A DNA stretch of 64,000 nt, from positions 1 through 64,000 of IMG/VR virus record IMGVR_UViG_3300044922_000175; one strand, given 5' to 3'. The notes under the pieces are model-generated. The model was not told the DNA's origin. It was given only the letters and a program-made list of their open reading frames with translations, and did not search any database. This document shows, piece by piece, positions 1-7,625 of this stretch. Source of the stretch: a virus. The first letter of the stretch is position 1, and each line of letters opens with the position of its first letter. The translations under genes were made by a program, and so were the position numbers.

Positions 1-1
1 T

Positions 2-97
2 GAAACTGATGAGCTTGATAGTGAAGGTACTGTTAGAATGAGGTGGGAAATCTTTATGAAGCAGAAAATATTCGGAGGTAACAATGAGCAACAATAA
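2..97 (+). CDS. Partial (5'-truncated) small early protein ending ...KIFGGNNEQQ*
   Basis: Frame is open from the window start to TAA 95-97 and ends inside junction repeat J1. Confidence 0.7.
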   Translation, partial: ETDELDSEGTVRMRWEIFMKQKIFGGNNEQQ

Positions 98-284
98 ACA
101 AAGTATGAAAACACATAGAACAACAACTGCGATTTTAATACTAATACTATTGCTTGGTTGGGCAATCGCTAAAATTGACGCAGTATTTTATTCGGTACTT
201 ATCTTATCAGTATTGGGTATTATGTATGCTTTTATTTATCTGGGTATTGTTCGTAACACAGGAGGCAACAATGAGCAACAATAA
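84..284 (+). CDS. Small membrane protein (2 predicted TM), MSNNKQ start
   Basis: Two hydrophobic stretches; begins and ends in junction repeats. Confidence 0.75.
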   Translation: MSNNKQSMKTHRTTTAILILILLLGWAIAKIDAVFYSVLILSVLGIMYAFIYLGIVRNTGGNNEQQ

Positions 285-510
285 ACAAAGTAGCGTAGAA
301 AAAATGTTTCAAGAAATGCTTGGGATTCAACAAGAAGGAATTAAACTAACTTTTGATGAAAATTTGGATTTACTTCACAAATACAAAGCAATGCACAAGG
401 AGGAAACTCTGAAATTGTATTATGCTTACGAAGATTATGTATTGCGTGAAGAAGGCATCATAAAGACATTTGGGCAATTTTACAACGAAACATTTGGAGG
501 TAACAAATGA
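271..510 (+). CDS. Hypothetical early protein (MSNNKQSSVE...YNETFGGNK)
   Basis: Start moved from 154 to ATG 271 in repeat J2, which has GGAGG 5 nt upstream. Confidence 0.8.
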   Translation: MSNNKQSSVEKMFQEMLGIQQEGIKLTFDENLDLLHKYKAMHKEETLKLYYAYEDYVLREEGIIKTFGQFYNETFGGNK

Positions 511-767
511 GCAACAATAAACAAATCATGAAACTATACACAGAAGAAGAAATTTTAAGTTTGTTAAAAATACATTTAGCAGACGAAGATCAAGCCGATT
601 CATTTGTATCACTTTTAACCCCTATTGAACTACTAAGTGATGAGGAGATAGAAAAATGGGCTGAAATGCAATCTTTGTGTGAACCAACAGGTGCAGAAAA
701 ATTTGGTAGAATTTATGGCGCAAAATGGATGCGTGATAAAATACAAGAAGACAATGACAAACAATAA
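507..767 (+). CDS. Hypothetical early protein, C-terminal module shared with 3195..3470
   Basis: ORF track; IELLSDEEIEK...GAKWMRDKIQ versus IELPSDKDIDK...GAKWMRNKIQ. Confidence 0.8.
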   Translation: MSNNKQIMKLYTEEEILSLLKIHLADEDQADSFVSLLTPIELLSDEEIEKWAEMQSLCEPTGAEKFGRIYGAKWMRDKIQEDNDKQ

Positions 768-829
768 AAAAATAATATGAACAAGAAATTTTCAGAATGG
801 TACGGACAATTAAAAACAAAATCTAAGCA

Positions 830-1096
830 ATGACAAACAATAAACAACAAACGGCAGTGAAAAAACTATTATTAGCAACATTACTTATCGGAATGATAAG
901 CAGTTGCGAGGAACCAACAGTATCATCAAGAACTACCAACTACACAATACCCAGTGAAGGTAATTTAGCATCAGACCCGCTTAAAGTATGTGTAATTGAA
1001 GGATGTGAATACTTCATTTGTAAGAATTACAAGGGTAATATTCTATGTCACAAAGGAAACTGCAAAAACATAATACACAAGGGAGGTGAGCAATGA
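830..1096 (+). CDS. Putative small Cys-rich lipoprotein
   Basis: Hydrophobic stretch plus lipobox-like ISSC; CVIEGCEY...CHKGNC. Confidence 0.7.
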   Translation: MTNNKQQTAVKKLLLATLLIGMISSCEEPTVSSRTTNYTIPSEGNLASDPLKVCVIEGCEYFICKNYKGNILCHKGNCKNIIHKGGEQ

Positions 1097-1326
1097 CAAA
1101 CAATAAACAACAGACCCTGCCACCAAAAGAAAAGGCAAAAGAACTGGTATCAAAAATGGAAAAAGATTTCCAATATTTTGCAAGTAGACAAATAGCAATA
1201 CAACACGCATTAATTGCAGTTGAAGAAATTTTAAGTATCAACTCCGTTGACAAGGATGAGGATTTATCAAACTATTGGGAAGAAGTAAAAAAAGAAATAG
1301 AAACCTACGGAGGAGGTGAAGAATGA
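1093..1326 (+). CDS. Hypothetical early protein (KEKAKEL...ALIAVEEIL...YWEEVKKEI type), paralog of 3870..4208
   Basis: ORF track; starts in J6 and ends in J7. Confidence 0.8.
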   Translation: MTNNKQQTLPPKEKAKELVSKMEKDFQYFASRQIAIQHALIAVEEILSINSVDKDEDLSNYWEEVKKEIETYGGGEE

Positions 1327-1383
1327 CAAACAATAAATGCACCCAGATGTAGCAAAAGAATATGGCTTTAGTAAAACAAGAAT

Positions 1384-1575
1384 ATGAAAACAGAAGCAGA
1401 ACATTTAGAAGATAAATTAAAGATGGCCAATATTATTGGTTATTGTATTGGTGAGTTAAAAGGACATCATGCACATTATGCAGGACCACAAGCAATAGAA
1501 AAAAGCTATTTAGAAGCAGAGAAACAGTATAAAGAATTTTTAGATAACCTAATTAAAAAACCAGATGACATTTGA
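1384..1575 (+). CDS. Hypothetical protein
   Basis: ORF track; coupled to neighbours. Confidence 0.65.
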   Translation: MKTEAEHLEDKLKMANIIGYCIGELKGHHAHYAGPQAIEKSYLEAEKQYKEFLDNLIKKPDDI

Positions 1576-1822
1576 AGATTTAGAATTTAAACCTATGACT
1601 AACCATGATAATGGGATACATGTAAGAGTAGAGTTTCCTAATGGTTATGGTGCTAGTGTTATACAATCCCCATATAGTTATGGTGGATCTAATGGTCTAT
1701 ATGAGTTAGCAGTATTGTATGGTGGTCATATATGCTATGATACAGAGATAACTAATGATGTGTTAGGCTATCTTAACCAGGCGGATGTAACAGAGTTACT
1801 CCAAAGGATAGAAGCACTATGA
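1565..1822 (+). CDS. Hypothetical phage protein (FPNGYGASV...GLYELAVL motif)
   Basis: ORF track; recognisable small phage protein type; ATGA overlap with the next gene. Confidence 0.75.
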   Translation: MTFEDLEFKPMTNHDNGIHVRVEFPNGYGASVIQSPYSYGGSNGLYELAVLYGGHICYDTEITNDVLGYLNQADVTELLQRIEAL

Positions 1823-2151
1823 AAAATTTACCCACAGCAAAAGAATTTCTTAACAGAGATGAGAGTGGAGTCTTCAATGAAGTAGACATCACTCAGGCTA
1901 TGGATGAATACGCTAAACTACATGTACAGAGGATTAAAGACTTCTTAAATTCTGAGATATGTGAGCGTAGAGAGTATACAGCATCTCGTATGTGTGAGGA
2001 AGTACTTAAGTTCATACAAGACAGTGAAAAACTAGATAAGTTTTTAGGAGGTGCATATGGAGAAATCTATCAGTCTGATGCACTTGCAAAACTTAAAGAA
2101 AGAGTTGAACAACGTAAAGAATTTAAAAAAAAGAAAAGAAAACATGGGTAA
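1819..2151 (+). CDS. Hypothetical protein
   Basis: ORF track; ATGA coupling. Confidence 0.7.
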   Translation: MKNLPTAKEFLNRDESGVFNEVDITQAMDEYAKLHVQRIKDFLNSEICERREYTASRMCEEVLKFIQDSEKLDKFLGGAYGEIYQSDALAKLKERVEQRKEFKKKKRKHG

Positions 2152-2824
2152 AATAGACAAAAACAGTAAATTCTATAAGGCTCCTACTCTACAAGAGCGC
2201 TTACAAGACATTAAGTATTTCTTTCTCTTCTGGAGAGGGAGGAAGAGGGGTATGATATTCACCCGTAACATTGAATTAGATGATTTCCGTTATATCTTTT
2301 TTCCTAAAGGATTTGAGAAATATGGTTACTTAGGAACACATCTATGGAATGAAGATGGTGACTGCTTTAATGCTTTATACCCTTTAGTACTTGCTATGGA
2401 TCATGACGCTAAGCCTAAATTCTGCCCCAGGTGGTTTTTACGCTTTCTTCACGTATTTGGTAGTGATAGATCTATTGTAAGAGTCCGTAACTGGACTTTG
2501 CATGACTTACTTAGAAAACTAACTCAAGGTATTGCCTTTGTAGATTGGAAGACTAAGTGGCACAGTTATGACCTACGTATCTCTATTCATGCTCCTAAGC
2601 ACTTACAAGACTTAGCAGATGATATAGAACATGGGTTTTACTCTAGAGGTGCACAAGAAGAGTTAGTAGCTAAGATTAAGAAACTAGACCCTAATGCAGG
2701 TATTATTTGGGGTAGTGTAGATAAATTAGTAAAACAACTAGAAAAACTAGAAGCTGAAAAAGAGAATCGAGATAAGCAATTAGATTCTCTTATTAAACAA
2801 GCTAATAATAAACTTAGAGATTAA
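2144..2824 (+). CDS. Hypothetical protein with C-terminal coiled coil
   Basis: Start moved to ATG 2144 (MGKIDK), which overlaps the end of the previous gene. Confidence 0.75.
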   Translation: MGKIDKNSKFYKAPTLQERLQDIKYFFLFWRGRKRGMIFTRNIELDDFRYIFFPKGFEKYGYLGTHLWNEDGDCFNALYPLVLAMDHDAKPKFCPRWFLRFLHVFGSDRSIVRVRNWTLHDLLRKLTQGIAFVDWKTKWHSYDLRISIHAPKHLQDLADDIEHGFYSRGAQEELVAKIKKLDPNAGIIWGSVDKLVKQLEKLEAEKENRDKQLDSLIKQANNKLRD

Positions 2825-2841
2825 TAAACAACTATAAGAAC

Positions 2842-3060
2842 ATGAAACAAACTAGCAAAGATTGGTTACAAGAGATATTAGAAGCTAAAATCGCAAGCTT
2901 TCCAAAACCAAAAAAGGTAGTAGGATGGTATTGCTTATCAACTAAGATTATGGTAAATACTATTGCATTTGCTACACATAGTAAGCCTAACTTTATTAAG
3001 AGATTCTTTATGAGAACTTTATTAGATTTTTACTGGGTTAAAGACACAAACAATGACTGA
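2842..3060 (+). CDS. Hypothetical protein
   Basis: ORF track; A-rich start context. Confidence 0.7.
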   Translation: MKQTSKDWLQEILEAKIASFPKPKKVVGWYCLSTKIMVNTIAFATHSKPNFIKRFFMRTLLDFYWVKDTNND

Positions 3061-3208
3061 AAAAGAAGCTATCATAACCCTTGCCTACTATAATGATTGG
3101 AGGCAAGGGAAAGATGTAGATGCACCTATGGTAAAACCAGAACATGTAACCGAAGCAATTAAGGTTGTAATTCAAAAATGGAAAGAAAGAAACAATGAGC
3201 AACAATAA
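3053..3208 (+). CDS. Small hypothetical protein (51 aa, MTEKEAIITL...RNNEQQ*), below track cutoff
   Basis: Translated by hand; fills the gap and ends in junction repeat J8. Confidence 0.7.
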   Translation: MTEKEAIITLAYYNDWRQGKDVDAPMVKPEHVTEAIKVVIQKWKERNNEQQ

Positions 3209-3470
3209 ACAAACAGATATTAAAGAATTGGCTATTACAGAATACCCATTTGGCAATAGTGAAAGAAATGCTTTTATCAATGGTTATAATAAGGCTAAAG
3301 AATTGCATAAAAATCAGACAATAGAATTACCAAGTGATAAGGATATAGACAAAGAGGCCACGGATTTATTTAGTAAAACTACCAAAATTTATATTTCCAT
3401 TATACAATGCAAAGCATTCAAGCAAGGTGCAAAATGGATGCGTAATAAAATACAAGGAGGTGAGCAATGA
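3195..3470 (+). CDS. Hypothetical early protein, MSNNKQ start
   Basis: ORF track; flanked by J8 and J9. Confidence 0.8.
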   Translation: MSNNKQTDIKELAITEYPFGNSERNAFINGYNKAKELHKNQTIELPSDKDIDKEATDLFSKTTKIYISIIQCKAFKQGAKWMRNKIQGGEQ

Positions 3471-3877
3471 CAAACAATAAACAACAGACGGCAGTGGACT
3501 TTGTACCCTATGAACTTGCTTTAGAGTTAAAACAACTTGGATTTGATGAACCTTGTTTAGGTTACTATCTAGCAAGTAGTTTATTTATATCTAATGATAA
3601 TGTTTATAATTCAACAGACATTCCTGTAATAAAGGCTCCTCTGTATTCACAAGCATTTAGATTCTTTAGAGAGAAGCATAATCTTAGATGTCAAATCAAT
3701 TATATTGGTGGACTAATCAACAAAACTACATGGTGGGATATTTCTGTTATTGGTCATTACAATACAGACCCTAAAGAATGGGAGATGAAGTATCAACCGT
3801 ACGAAGAAGCAGAACTTGATTGCCTTAAAAAATTAATTGAGATAGTAAAAACACACGAAGGAGGTAACAATGGCTAA
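3467..3877 (+). CDS. Hypothetical early protein (FVPYELALELKQLGFDEPC...APLYSQAFRFFREKH type)
   Basis: ORF track; flanked by J9 and J10. Confidence 0.8.
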   Translation: MTNNKQQTAVDFVPYELALELKQLGFDEPCLGYYLASSLFISNDNVYNSTDIPVIKAPLYSQAFRFFREKHNLRCQINYIGGLINKTTWWDISVIGHYNTDPKEWEMKYQPYEEAELDCLKKLIEIVKTHEGGNNG

Positions 3878-4208
3878 AGAATCTATATCTTCCTTTATTG
3901 AAAAGCTACTTAGTGAAGCATCTCCTGAACAAATGGAAGCTACAAGCAAACAAATGGAGCCTCTAGGTCCAAAAGCAGAAGCTCATGACTTAGTTCTATC
4001 TTTTTATTACAGCCTTCCTAATAACGGAAGTTTAAATCATGGTATTAATAGCTGTGAGTCTCGTTATAAGGAAGGTGTTGTATGTGCTATGGTTGCTGTT
4101 AATAAAATCATAAGCATTGCTCCTTGGGGAGGTGATATTGACGGTGAAATTGAGCAAGGGTCTAAAGAATACTATCAACAAGTAAAAACAGAACTAGAAA
4201 AGCTATGA
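3870..4208 (+). CDS. Hypothetical early protein, paralog of 1093..1326
   Basis: AMVAVNKII...YYQQVKTELEKL resembles ALIAVEEIL...YWEEVKKEIETY. Confidence 0.75.
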   Translation: MAKESISSFIEKLLSEASPEQMEATSKQMEPLGPKAEAHDLVLSFYYSLPNNGSLNHGINSCESRYKEGVVCAMVAVNKIISIAPWGGDIDGEIEQGSKEYYQQVKTELEKL

Positions 4209-4531
4209 GCAAGATTAAACAAGACAAAATACCAATGACATTAACGGAAGATAATGTCTTACAGGTTTCTGGCTTTAAATATAAGCTAGTTAGAGAAAGA
4301 GATGGACTACTTAATTCCGGTTATCAGGTTGGATGGATTGAATGGGGTGAGGATGGTAAATACAAACAACTACATGATGAGCCTGCAGTAGGTAGATCTC
4401 TCATTATAGATCCCGCCTCTACACCTTTTTTCACTTGGATGACTACTACTGTTACAGAAATCTTGGAACAAAGAGAAGACTATGTTAAATTTAAAACCAC
4501 AAATAGCATCTACGAATTATTTAAGTTATGA
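4205..4531 (+). CDS. Hypothetical protein
   Basis: ORF track; ATGA coupling. Confidence 0.75.
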   Translation: MSKIKQDKIPMTLTEDNVLQVSGFKYKLVRERDGLLNSGYQVGWIEWGEDGKYKQLHDEPAVGRSLIIDPASTPFFTWMTTTVTEILEQREDYVKFKTTNSIYELFKL

Positions 4532-4950
4532 TTGAAGAATATAATGAGTGGTACTGGAGACTCTATAGATGGTTTAGATGGGAGTTTAAATACCAACACA
4601 AATACATTAAGTACGGAGTTAAGAACTTATATAAATGGTTCTGGATAATCTGGAAAGATAGAGACTGGGACCACTATTATATCTTTCAGGTACTAAAATT
4701 TAAATTAGAGAAACAAGCTAAACATTTAGCCGAAAATGGTTTTCATAATAATGCTCAACGAGATGCAGAGTTAATGATGACTTGTGTTAGATTAATTGAT
4801 AAGCTCCAAAATGAGTATTACTATGATGAGCTATGTAAATCCGGTGTAAGGTCATCTGAAGCAGTTAAAAATGTAATAGCTAAACACAAAAAAGCAAAAC
4901 GTTTATTATTTAAAATAATGAATGATAGGATTGAGGAATGGTGGGATTAA
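4528..4950 (+). CDS. Hypothetical Trp-rich phage protein
   Basis: ORF track; IWKDRDWDHYY motif. Confidence 0.75.
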   Translation: MIEEYNEWYWRLYRWFRWEFKYQHKYIKYGVKNLYKWFWIIWKDRDWDHYYIFQVLKFKLEKQAKHLAENGFHNNAQRDAELMMTCVRLIDKLQNEYYYDELCKSGVRSSEAVKNVIAKHKKAKRLLFKIMNDRIEEWWD

Positions 4951-4962
4951 AATAAAAAAATT

Positions 4963-5247
4963 ATGGCAAGAACAACAAGAGAACAAAAAAGAGAACAAGC
5001 AGTAATTGACATCATCAATCAGATGTTTGTTATTGCAGGTCATGAAGTCACTTTTGAGGACATTAAAGGCCGCAAAGATGATTGGTTTACTCAATGGACT
5101 ATGACAGTTGCTCAATCAGAAGAATGGAAAGCATGGGGTATAGCTTACCTGCGTAAGAATCTTAAGATGAATAAGAAACTAGCAGAGAAAGAAATGGCTT
5201 GGTTTAATGTACAGTGGGGACTTAAATACGAAGATTATAATATATGA
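4963..5247 (+). CDS. Hypothetical protein
   Basis: ORF track. Confidence 0.75.
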   Translation: MARTTREQKREQAVIDIINQMFVIAGHEVTFEDIKGRKDDWFTQWTMTVAQSEEWKAWGIAYLRKNLKMNKKLAEKEMAWFNVQWGLKYEDYNI

Positions 5248-5256
5248 GCAATAAAG

Positions 5257-5487
5257 ATGAGAACTCACCCTAAAAAAAGCAGTCTAGAACTACTAGTCAT
5301 TGCCTTATATGAGAAGGGATTCTTACAGGGAAATGGTAATGATATAGATAATCTACTTGAAGAGCATAAAATATTACATAAAAATGAAATAATGGATGCC
5401 AGAACTAACGGTAGATGGTCTTGTACTGAAAAGTATGGAGAGATAAGAACAAACAAACAATATTACGATGAGAATTTTTCTAATTAA
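5257..5487 (+). CDS. Hypothetical protein, distant paralog of 271..510
   Basis: LLEEHKILHKNE...QYYDENF versus LLHKYKAMHKEE...QFYNETF. Confidence 0.65.
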   Translation: MRTHPKKSSLELLVIALYEKGFLQGNGNDIDNLLEEHKILHKNEIMDARTNGRWSCTEKYGEIRTNKQYYDENFSN

Positions 5488-5635
5488 ATTAGCTTTATTA
5501 GCTGTATTATTTTTCTTTGGTGGTCTTAACTTATTATTATTTATTATAATCAGTTTTGTAGAGATGATTGAAGAAAAAGTAAGTAAACTATGTGATTTTA
5601 TAGAATGTAAAATTGAAAAGTATGAAAGAACTTAA
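5468..5635 (+). CDS. Small membrane protein (55 aa), below track cutoff
   Basis: Translated by hand: MRIFLIKLALLAVLFFFGGLNLLLFIIISFVEM...; fills the gap. Confidence 0.6.
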   Translation: MRIFLIKLALLAVLFFFGGLNLLLFIIISFVEMIEEKVSKLCDFIECKIEKYERT

Positions 5636-5801
5636 ACTAGACTTAAATGGTTTTACTGCTAAGCAGTATGCTGCCCTTATTATTAAAGAAGAGTTAGAAT
5701 TTAGCCACGGGCGTGGTGGTATAAAAATGGGTACTAACAGAGAAACTTTTGCTAGACTTTATAGAAGAGCTAAACTTAAAGAAAATGCCAAATCAATGTA
5801 A
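5622..5801 (+). CDS. Hypothetical protein
   Basis: ORF track; ATG 5622 preferred as start. Confidence 0.6.
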   Translation: MKELKLDLNGFTAKQYAALIIKEELEFSHGRGGIKMGTNRETFARLYRRAKLKENAKSM

Positions 5802-5955
5802 CTACTGCTGTGTAGAAATACCTGAACAAGATGTACTTTGTGAAGAGTGCTACAACAGCCGGTATATGCTAGAAAAATATATTACTAAAGATGAAATACT
5901 TAACGGCACTGATGAAAACAATCCATCATTCTATCAAATGGACGATGACGCATAG
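5785..5955 (+). CDS. Small Zn-finger-like protein (CNYC...CEEC)
   Basis: Two CxxC pairs; ATG 5785 preferred as start. Confidence 0.6.
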   Translation: MPNQCNYCCVEIPEQDVLCEECYNSRYMLEKYITKDEILNGTDENNPSFYQMDDDA

Positions 5956-5976
5956 TGTTTTCCAAAAATTTTAATT

Positions 5977-6351
5977 ATGAAGACAAAACTAACTTTAATT
6001 ATCCTGGCACCTTTAATGTTGCTGGGCTTTAATCAATTGTACTCTGTTATATACAAATTTAACAGAATGCGTAAACTGTATGTAGATAGATTCCAGTACT
6101 ACAAAAGAAGAAATCTTATCAAAGACTCTTACTGTGAATACTATATCCAAGCTTTTGGTGAATTTAGGTTGTGGATGTTTAAAGAGTTTGTCTTTAACAA
6201 GCATTACACAGTTAAACATTTCTTTAATAGCACTTATGTTTACAAGAACATGAATGCACATTACATTAAAGAATCCGGGGATGTACCATTCATGCCGGAG
6301 TTTAATAATATAATGGAACACTGGAAGTTACACAGTCTTAAAAGGGGGTAG
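5977..6351 (+). CDS. Hypothetical protein with N-terminal TM/signal anchor
   Basis: ORF track; last gene before a terminator. Confidence 0.65.
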   Translation: MKTKLTLIILAPLMLLGFNQLYSVIYKFNRMRKLYVDRFQYYKRRNLIKDSYCEYYIQAFGEFRLWMFKEFVFNKHYTVKHFFNSTYVYKNMNAHYIKESGDVPFMPEFNNIMEHWKLHSLKRG

Positions 6352-6371
6352 AAATATCCCCTTTATTTTTT
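6341..6371 (+). terminator. Rho-independent terminator closing the early array
   Basis: GGGGGTA-GAAA-TATCCCC stem-loop followed by TTTATTTTTT. Confidence 0.8.
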
Positions 6372-6378
6372 ATATTTG
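6371..6378 (+). promoter_or_regulatory. Bacteroidota-type -7 box (TATATTTG), 6 nt before ATG 6385
   Basis: Matches TAnnTTTG directly after the terminator. Confidence 0.6.
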
Positions 6379-6384
6379 AAGGTT

Positions 6385-6651
6385 ATGACCCATACCCAAA
6401 CATTAATTGCTGAGACCTGTGATGAGATTAAAGAGTTACTTCTAGATAAGAATAGAAAGTATGGTGACTCTGCAGTAAATCCTATCAGAATACTATCTAA
6501 AAGTAGTAATACTGAACAGATATTAGTAAGAATAGATGACAAATTAAATAGGATTAAAAATGCTCAATCTGATGAGGATGAGGATGTTATCACTGATTTA
6601 ATTGGTTACCTGGTTTTATATAAAGTAGCTAAAAAGTTTAATAACCCCTAA
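6385..6651 (+). CDS. DUF1599-like (nucleotide-modification-associated) small protein
   Basis: KNRKYGDSA...VRIDDKLNRI...DLIGYLVL motif. Confidence 0.6.
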   Translation: MTHTQTLIAETCDEIKELLLDKNRKYGDSAVNPIRILSKSSNTEQILVRIDDKLNRIKNAQSDEDEDVITDLIGYLVLYKVAKKFNNP

Positions 6652-6691
6652 AGATTTTAATCTTATTATATATCAATAACTTACAACATTT

Positions 6692-6790
6692 ATGAAGAAC
6701 ACAAAAATTAAATTAATCTGGTTACTACTATTTTTAGTACTTACCGGTGGTTCTATTTTAACAGCATTTGTAACATATCTATTAACATGA
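6692..6790 (+). CDS. Very small single-TM protein (32 aa)
   Basis: Translated by hand: MKNTKIKLIWLLLFLVLTGGSILTAFVTYLLT*; ATGA overlap with 6787. Confidence 0.5.
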   Translation: MKNTKIKLIWLLLFLVLTGGSILTAFVTYLLT

Positions 6791-7449
6791 GAATAGTTTG
6801 TATATCTGACACGCACACAATGCATGAAGAAGTGAATCTTCCTGATGGTGATATATTAATACATGCTGGTGACTTTAGTAATAGAGGTGGTAAGAGTGAT
6901 GTAGAAGATTTCTTTGGTTGGTTAATGCGCATTAAACCTAAGTATAGACATATAGTGTTTATTGCCGGTAATCATGATAAATCATTTGATAGTAAATATG
7001 GAGAGATGCCGGACTGGTTATCAGAGGGTATAGCAGAACTAGAACAGAATAATATCTGGTATCTAAAAGATGCTCTAATAGAACTAGAGGATATTAAATT
7101 TTATGGTATGCCCTGGACTCCTTGGTTTTATGGAGATACATGGGCATTTAATAAAAGATTGGGCCCGGATATGCAAGAAGTTATAGATATGATTGAGCCT
7201 TGTGATGTATTAATTACACATGGTCCACCAATGTATACCGGTGATTTAACATCAAATAATGGACAACATGTAGGTTGTCCTCAGTTAAGAGAGAAAATAG
7301 AGGAGATCCAACCTAGATTACATGTTTTTGGACATATTCATGAAGGTAGCGGTATCCAAGCAGTAGATAGATGTATTCATGTTAATGCATCTCAGCTTAA
7401 TGAGCACTATGAATTAATAAATATACCTTATTCAATTGAACTACCATGA
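6787..7449 (+). CDS. Calcineurin-like metallophosphoesterase
   Basis: SDTH, AGD, GNHD, THGPP and GHIHE motifs in the canonical order. Confidence 0.92.
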   Translation: MRIVCISDTHTMHEEVNLPDGDILIHAGDFSNRGGKSDVEDFFGWLMRIKPKYRHIVFIAGNHDKSFDSKYGEMPDWLSEGIAELEQNNIWYLKDALIELEDIKFYGMPWTPWFYGDTWAFNKRLGPDMQEVIDMIEPCDVLITHGPPMYTGDLTSNNGQHVGCPQLREKIEEIQPRLHVFGHIHEGSGIQAVDRCIHVNASQLNEHYELINIPYSIELP

Positions 7450-7625
7450 TAAAAACAGAATGCACTTACTACAACTTCTTTAGAAAGAAAGTTGGACAAA
7501 GGGACTACCCTTACATTTTTTTCTATCCATTACCATTTATTGCAATATCTAAAACTGGGATTACCCATAAGTTTAGTATTACATTAGGATGGTTGTTCTG
7601 GACAATTTATCTAAAATTTAAATGA
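7446..7625 (+). CDS. Small hypothetical protein (59 aa), below track cutoff
   Basis: Translated by hand; ATGA overlaps at both ends. Confidence 0.65.
   Translation: MIKTECTYYNFFRKKVGQRDYPYIFFYPLPFIAISKTGITHKFSITLGWLFWTIYLKFK

Larger units (their letters stand above)
74..3872 (+). repeat. Dispersed gene-junction repeat family (10 copies: 74, 261, 496, ~748, ~826, 1082, 1312, 3191, 3456, 3860)
   Basis: Consensus GGAGGT(AAC/GAGC)AATGA(G/C)AACAATAAACAA read directly. J1/J2 match at 30 of 31 nt and J5/J9 share about 32 nt with 1 mismatch. Copies ~748, ~826 and 3191 lack the GGAGG; 3860 diverges after the ATG. Confidence 0.95.

Noticed and set aside
154-270. N-terminal extension of ORF 154..510
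   Set aside because: It overlaps gene 84..284 in another frame; ATG 271 in the junction repeat is the better start.
74-3872. CRISPR array or integron attC interpretation of the junction repeats
   Set aside because: Spacing is irregular (about 80-1900 bp) and filled by genes. The repeats are non-palindromic and coding, with no RYYYAAC/GTTRRRY inverted cores and no cas or integrase gene in the window.
6385-6651. DNA hypermodification system implied by the DUF1599-like gene plus dcd
   Set aside because: No modifying enzymes are visible in the window, and an intact ung argues against uracil-substituted DNA.
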